NCBI RefSeq assembly: GCF_009914755.1
Contig: NC_060931.1
From: the human T2T-CHM13v2.0 reference genome, Homo sapiens
Strand: one strand, 5' to 3'
DNA length: 64,000 nt
Below, piece after piece: positions 57,255 to 64,000 of the stretch. Below the pieces are notes generated by a model, which saw nothing but the letters and a program-made list of their open reading frames with translations, had not been told where the DNA came from and made no database searches. The translations under genes were made by a program, and so were the position numbers. Numbering within the stretch: position 1 is the stretch's first letter; each line of letters starts with the position of its first letter.

Positions 57255-59463
57255 TTATTTTTTTCCAAATTTTATTTTAGGCTCAGGAGGTACACATGCA
57301 AGTTTTCTTACACAGGTAAATTGTGTGTCATGGGAGTTTGGTATACAAATGATTTCATCACCCAGGTAATGAGCATAGCCCCAATAGGTAGATTTTTTAA
57401 TTCTCCCCCTCCTCCCACCCTTCACCCTCAAGTAGGCCCTCGTGTCTATTGTTTCCATCTTTATGTTCATGTATACTCAATGTTTAGCTCCCACTTATGA
57501 GAGAGAACATGCAGTATTTGTTTTTTTATCCTGCATTAATTCACTTATGATCTAGGTATAGAATCATATCATCTGCAAAGAAAGACAGTTTGACTTCCTC
57601 TCCTCATATTTGGATGCCTTTTCTTTCTTTCTTTCTTTTGCTTGATTGCTTTGGCCAGGACTTCCAGTGCTATGTTGAACAGGAACAGTGAAAGTGAGCA
57701 CTCTTGTCTTATTCCAGTTCTTAAGGGGAATGCTTCCAGATTTTGCTTTGAGTATGATGTTGGTTGTGTGTTTGTCATAGATGGCCTTATTTTCAGATAT
57801 GTTCCTTCAATGCATAGTTTGTTGAGGGTTTTTAACATGAAGTCGTGTTGAATTTTATCAAAAGCCTTTTCTGTGTCTATTGAGATGATCATGAGGTTTT
57901 TTATTTTAGTTCTGTTTATGTGATGAATCACATTTATGGACTTGTGTATGTTGAACCAACCTTGCATCCCAGGAATAAAGCCTATTTGATTAACTTTTTG
58001 ATGTGCTGCTGGATCTGGTTTGCCAGTATTTTGTTGAGGATTTTTGGATCTACGTTCATCAAGGATATTGGCCTGAAGTTTTTTTGTTTTTGTTGTGTCT
58101 CTGCCAGTATCGGAATGATGCTGGCCTCATTGAATGAGTTGAGGAGGAGTCCTTCCTTGTCAATTTTTTGGAACCATTTCAGTAGGATTGGTACTCACCC
58201 TTCTTTATACATCTGGTACAATTCAGCTGTGAATCTGTCTGGTCCAGGGCTTTTTCTAGTTGGTAGATATTTTATTGCTGATTTAATTTTGTAACTTGAT
58301 ATTGTTCTGCTCAGGGTTTCAATTTCTTCCTGGTTCAATCTTGGGAGGTTGTATGTTTTCAGGAATTTATCAATTTCTCCTAGAATTTCTAGTTTTTGTG
58401 CATGGAGGTGTTTGTAGTAGTCTCTGAGGGTTTTTTTGTATTTCTGTGGGGTTTGTGGAAATGTCCCCTTTGTCATTTCTGATTGTGTTTATTTGCATCG
58501 TCTATCTTTTTTTCTTTATTAGTTTAGCCAGCAATCTATCAATCTTATTTATTCTTTTAAAAAGCCAGCTTTTAGTTTTGTTGACCTTTTGTATGGTTTT
58601 TTGTGTCTCAATTTCATTCATTGCAGTTCTGATTTTGGTTCCTTTTCTTTTGCTAGCTTTGAGATTCATTTGCTCTTGTTTTTCTAGTTCTTGTAGGTGT
58701 GATGTTAGGTTATTAATTTGAGATCTTTCAAACTTTTTGATGTGGGTGTTTAGCACCATAAACTTTCCTCTTAACACTGCTTTAGCTGTGTCTCAGAGAT
58801 TCTAGTATACTGTATCTTCTTTTCTATTAGTTTCAAAGAATTTCTTGATTTCTGCCTTAATTTCATTGTTGACCCAAAATTCATTCAGGAGCAGATTGTT
58901 TAATTTTCATGTAACTGTATGGTTTTGAGAGATCTTCCTGGTATTGATTTCTATTTTTATTATGCTGTGGTCCAAGAGTGTGGTTGGTATGATTTTGGTT
59001 TTTTTGAATTGTTGAAAATTGCCTTAAGGCTGAGTGTATGGTCAATTTTAGAGTATATGCCAGGTGCAGATGAGAAGAATGTACAGTCTGTTGTTGGGTG
59101 GAGTGTGCTGAAGATATCTGCTAGGTCTATCTGGTCAAGTGTTGGGATTAAGTCCCAAATATCTTTGTTAGTTTTCTGCCTTGATGATCTGTCTAATACT
59201 GTGAGTGGGATGTTGAAGTCTCCCTCTATTATTTCGTGGTTATCTAAGTCTCTCCACCGGTCTCTAAGAACTTGTTTTATGAACCTGGGTGCTCCAGTGT
59301 TGGGTGCATATATATTTAGGATGGTTAAGACTTCTAATTGAATTGAACCTTTTATCATTATGTAATGCCCTTCTTTGTCCTTTTTGATTGATGTTGGTTT
59401 AAACTCTGTTTTGTCTGATATAAGAATAGCAACCCCTGCTCTTTGTTGTTTTCCATTTGCTTG
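57255..59463 (-). mobile_element. L1PA15/16-like: 3' UTR joined directly to the EN-RT part of ORF2 (large internal deletion near 57552)
   Basis: ORFs 58960-59520 (endonuclease: GVAILISDK, GDFN, SKIDH) and 57569-57967 (RT: [11 protein letters not shown]); 3' UTR at 57255-57550. Confidence 0.92.
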
Positions 59464-59619
59464 TCTATGATTTGTATTGTATTCAAGATGTATTAAGAAA
59501 AAGCAGTTTGCAAAATACAAAACATTTCTGTGGGAAATTAAAGTGTGATACCATTAGAGGAGAAAGATAGATGGATGGTTATACAGATTGATAGATGATT
59601 AGCTAGCTACCTAGAAGAT

Positions 59620-59620
<1 letters not shown>

Positions 59621-59659
<39 letters not shown>

Positions 59660-59690
59660 CAGACAGATAGATAGATAGATATAGATAGAT
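59621..59690. repeat. Compound tetranucleotide STR (AGAT)9(AGAC)2(AGAT)4 within a wider GATA-rich tract
   Basis: Counted directly from the sequence. Confidence 0.95.
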
Positions 59691-61329
59691 GGATGATAGG
59701 AGAGAGAGAGTCAGATAGATAGATATGAATATGCATAGCAAATATCTGGAAAAATTTGGTGTTCTACTGTGACATTTCACTTATCATTATGTAATATTAT
59801 ATTTTTCACTATAAACTCATTTGCACTCATCCCATGCTTCCTGTGCTCAGGCCGATAGTCCCCAAAATACCAAGCCCCTTTAGGAACTCTGACACTTGTA
59901 TTTTTTTCTCCCTTCCTCTTCCTCCTTCATCTCACAAACTCCTTTTTTTCTAGGAAAGTTTCCAGTTCAGTGATACTTCCTCAGTGATGCTGCCTTCAGG
60001 GCTCATGTTCTGTTTTCATTATCTGTTAGCACTTTCCACGTGTTATTGTCAGATTGATAGATAGGTATGTAGATTTTTTTTTTTAACACGCATACTTTCC
60101 TCACTAAAAGGTAAGCTTCTCCAAATGGGAAAATCATGACTTGAAGTCTTTGTAGGTCAGAATCTAAAGCCATGCCAGGTACCTAATGAATACCTCCTAA
60201 ATGTTTGCTATTGAAAAAATAAGTGACCTTTTTAAATATGAAAGTCTAACCTCCTAGAATTAAGGAATTAGCATCACACCTAATCTATTTATAAATCTGG
60301 AGTTTCTTTTTAAATAAATGCCCATTGAAAACAAAAACCTGCAGGGCAGGAAGATATTGAGGCCCTGTATGATTAAAATAAGGTTGCAAGCTAAATGGAT
60401 GCTTTGAAATGTGAATACCTTGAGTAGATGATCAGTCTTAGTCATGACTTTAAAGAATTATTCTGCATTAAACCTTAAAAATCATTTTCCATTTCAACTA
60501 ATTTTCCAACTTTTCTTTATATGAGGAAAAGATACAAATGACTGGATTTTATTGGCATTTTTCAGTTCTAATTATATATCTTATTTTAAAAAGAAGCAAA
60601 TGATCACAGCGTTGGTTAAAGGTCATATATTCTGTGATCTTTTTTTAATATTAGGACTTCTATTCTTGTCTTGTTCTTTTACTGTAGTTCAGATATGAAA
60701 AAAGGGTAAGTAAGGAAAGAAGCAAAATCTGATTGACAGCAAACGCTAATGGTAACCAACTCTTCCCAAAGAGACTACAGTGGAGTGTGAATAATGATAT
60801 AAATCATAATAGAAAGCAAAAATCAGTTTGTTTCCACATATAGCATGTGCTGCATGATTTTATGAATGCAGGAGGCATATGGATGATTGATGGATATCGT
60901 GTTGTATGGATAAAAGTGGTGTGTCTCAGAGTCACTTCTGCTTTTAGTGAATGACAATGGAGCTTTTGTAATACTAATAATGTTGAAACCTGGTGAATGC
61001 AATGATACAGATAAATGACAATATATTCCTAAAATTTCCATGGACAGTTGTGAGTTCAAATATTTTATTCTATTGTCCCATGAATCTATTTTTATGCCAT
61101 ATGCCCCAAGATTTCTTTCTAAAAACATTTACTACTGGAATTGCAGTCTGTTAGGAAGAATATTGTTTTGTTTGGGAAGATAAGATTAGATCTGTCTATT
61201 AAGTCTTCAAAATAAGCTGTAAATGAATTTTTCTGTAATAAAGACTTACTTCCATCGACAAAATGGGCCATCTACAAATGATTGTTGCTCCTTATCAAGA
61301 TGGATAGATAAAGAGATATAGATAGATAT

Positions 61330-62840
<1,511 letters not shown>

Positions 62841-63519
62841 TTTTTTTAAAAGATATGGATAGATAGATAGGTAGAAACATATAAAGATCTCAGTACTTAG
62901 TACCAGTCCTTACACAAAATAGAATGCCAATAAATACTTGTTGAGCTAATTAAAGACTGGAATTAAGAAAAAATGTATTTAGGCCACTCAGAGAAATTAG
63001 TCATCTCTTTTTCTAATACTAACCTAATTTTACATTTGCCTAGGGTTGGTCATTCTTGGGAATGTTGTCACACATTCTCTAGGACTTAGCACTGGGGTCC
63101 TGTTCAACTTCTTTAGAAGTCAACAGAGAAGCCCCAGAATTTTCAGCATACCAACACCCACAAACTCTGCCATCCACTGCCCACCCTACTCACTGAGCCT
63201 CAGAAAATTTATTTGGTACTCCATTTGTTTGCTTTTGTGACATTTGTCCTAGAAACTTAAAAAGTATCTTTGTTCATGTTTTTATTGAATTTCAAATTTC
63301 AAATGTTTGGAATGAGGAAAAATATCACTGAAAAACAAACTCTCTATGCTTTGTCCCTGAATGATCCAGTGATTAAATAGGATCAGTTGAATATGGCATT
63401 TTACTTGTCATTTCTAATAAAGAAGTTGTAAGCTTCATCTGAGTTTTCAAAATTAAGAAAATTTTGAAGTGAAAACATGTAATTGAACTTCTTTTTAAAA
63501 AATATTTCTGTTATGACAT

Positions 63520-64000
63520 GCATATTTGAAAAGTTTTTCACAAAACAGCCCCGGGGATCTCTTTAAATATCTGATTACTGCGCTCCACACTTAAAACTTT
63601 CAATGGTTTCCCACTGACCCTACAACAAGATCTGAACTTCTCACCCCAGCCTTTAAGGCCTTGCCTGTCCCATCCACATCTAATTCACCAGTCTTATCTC
63701 ATACCCTTTCTCCTCAATCCTCACACTCAGCTGCATGAGCTTCTTTCTGCTAGATTTCCCTCTGCTGGGACCTTCTCCCATGCTCTTCCCCAGCCTGCCA
63801 TACTCTTCTCTATAGGCACTGCCATCTTGACCACACCTGTAACCACCTTCACACCTTTACCTGGGTTTCAGCATAAAATTTACCTCCTCACATTAATGCT
63901 TTGGTTTCCACAGGTTAGCAGTTCCCACAGCATCTAACATTTTTCCTTCACAATTATTTCTATAATGTCTGTCGTCCACGCTGAGTTGGATATTCTCTGA
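63520..64000 (+). mobile_element. L2 fragment
   Basis: cttaaaactttcaatggtttcccactgacc...gcctttaaggccttgc...ttccctctgctggga. Confidence 0.65.

Noticed and set aside
60823-61128. 101-aa minus-strand ORF in unique AT-rich sequence
   Set aside because: No recognisable domain; length is within chance expectation.

Overview
Human genomic DNA, identified by a human-specific AluYb8. It is about 40% GC by eye, has no CpG island, and contains no cellular protein-coding exon I can support, so it reads as a repeat-dense intergenic or deep-intronic window. The recognisable ORFs in the track are Alu, L1 or LTR translations; the rest look like chance ORFs. Contents: about 16 Alu/FRAM copies; several L1s (a near full-length old L1ME1-type, an L1PA15/16-type with an internal deletion, L1PA7/8, L1MA/MB and L1MC4 ends); HAL1, L2, CR1 and MIR relics; solo LTRs (LTR1-, LTR9-, LTR39-, LTR8A-, THE1-, MLT- and MST-like); DNA-transposon MITEs (MADE2, MER2, MER53, MER20, MER63, MER5A, MER112, Tigger3); microsatellites; and one U6 snRNA/L1 chimeric retrogene (61330-62840). 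The pattern repeat annotation does not explain is a set of fossil templated-insertion scars. These are two inverted copies of nearby sequence (253 bp and about 333 bp), each with a small hairpin at one junction, two exact 28-nt ectopic copies from 1.6 kb and 9.2 kb away, several short direct or inverted patchwork insertions, and a probable 2.5-kb foreign block. They resemble polymerase-theta or template-switch repair products fixed in the germline at different times. I see no evidence for a new gene system. Subfamily names come from remembered consensus motifs, and boundaries of ancient repeats are approximate.
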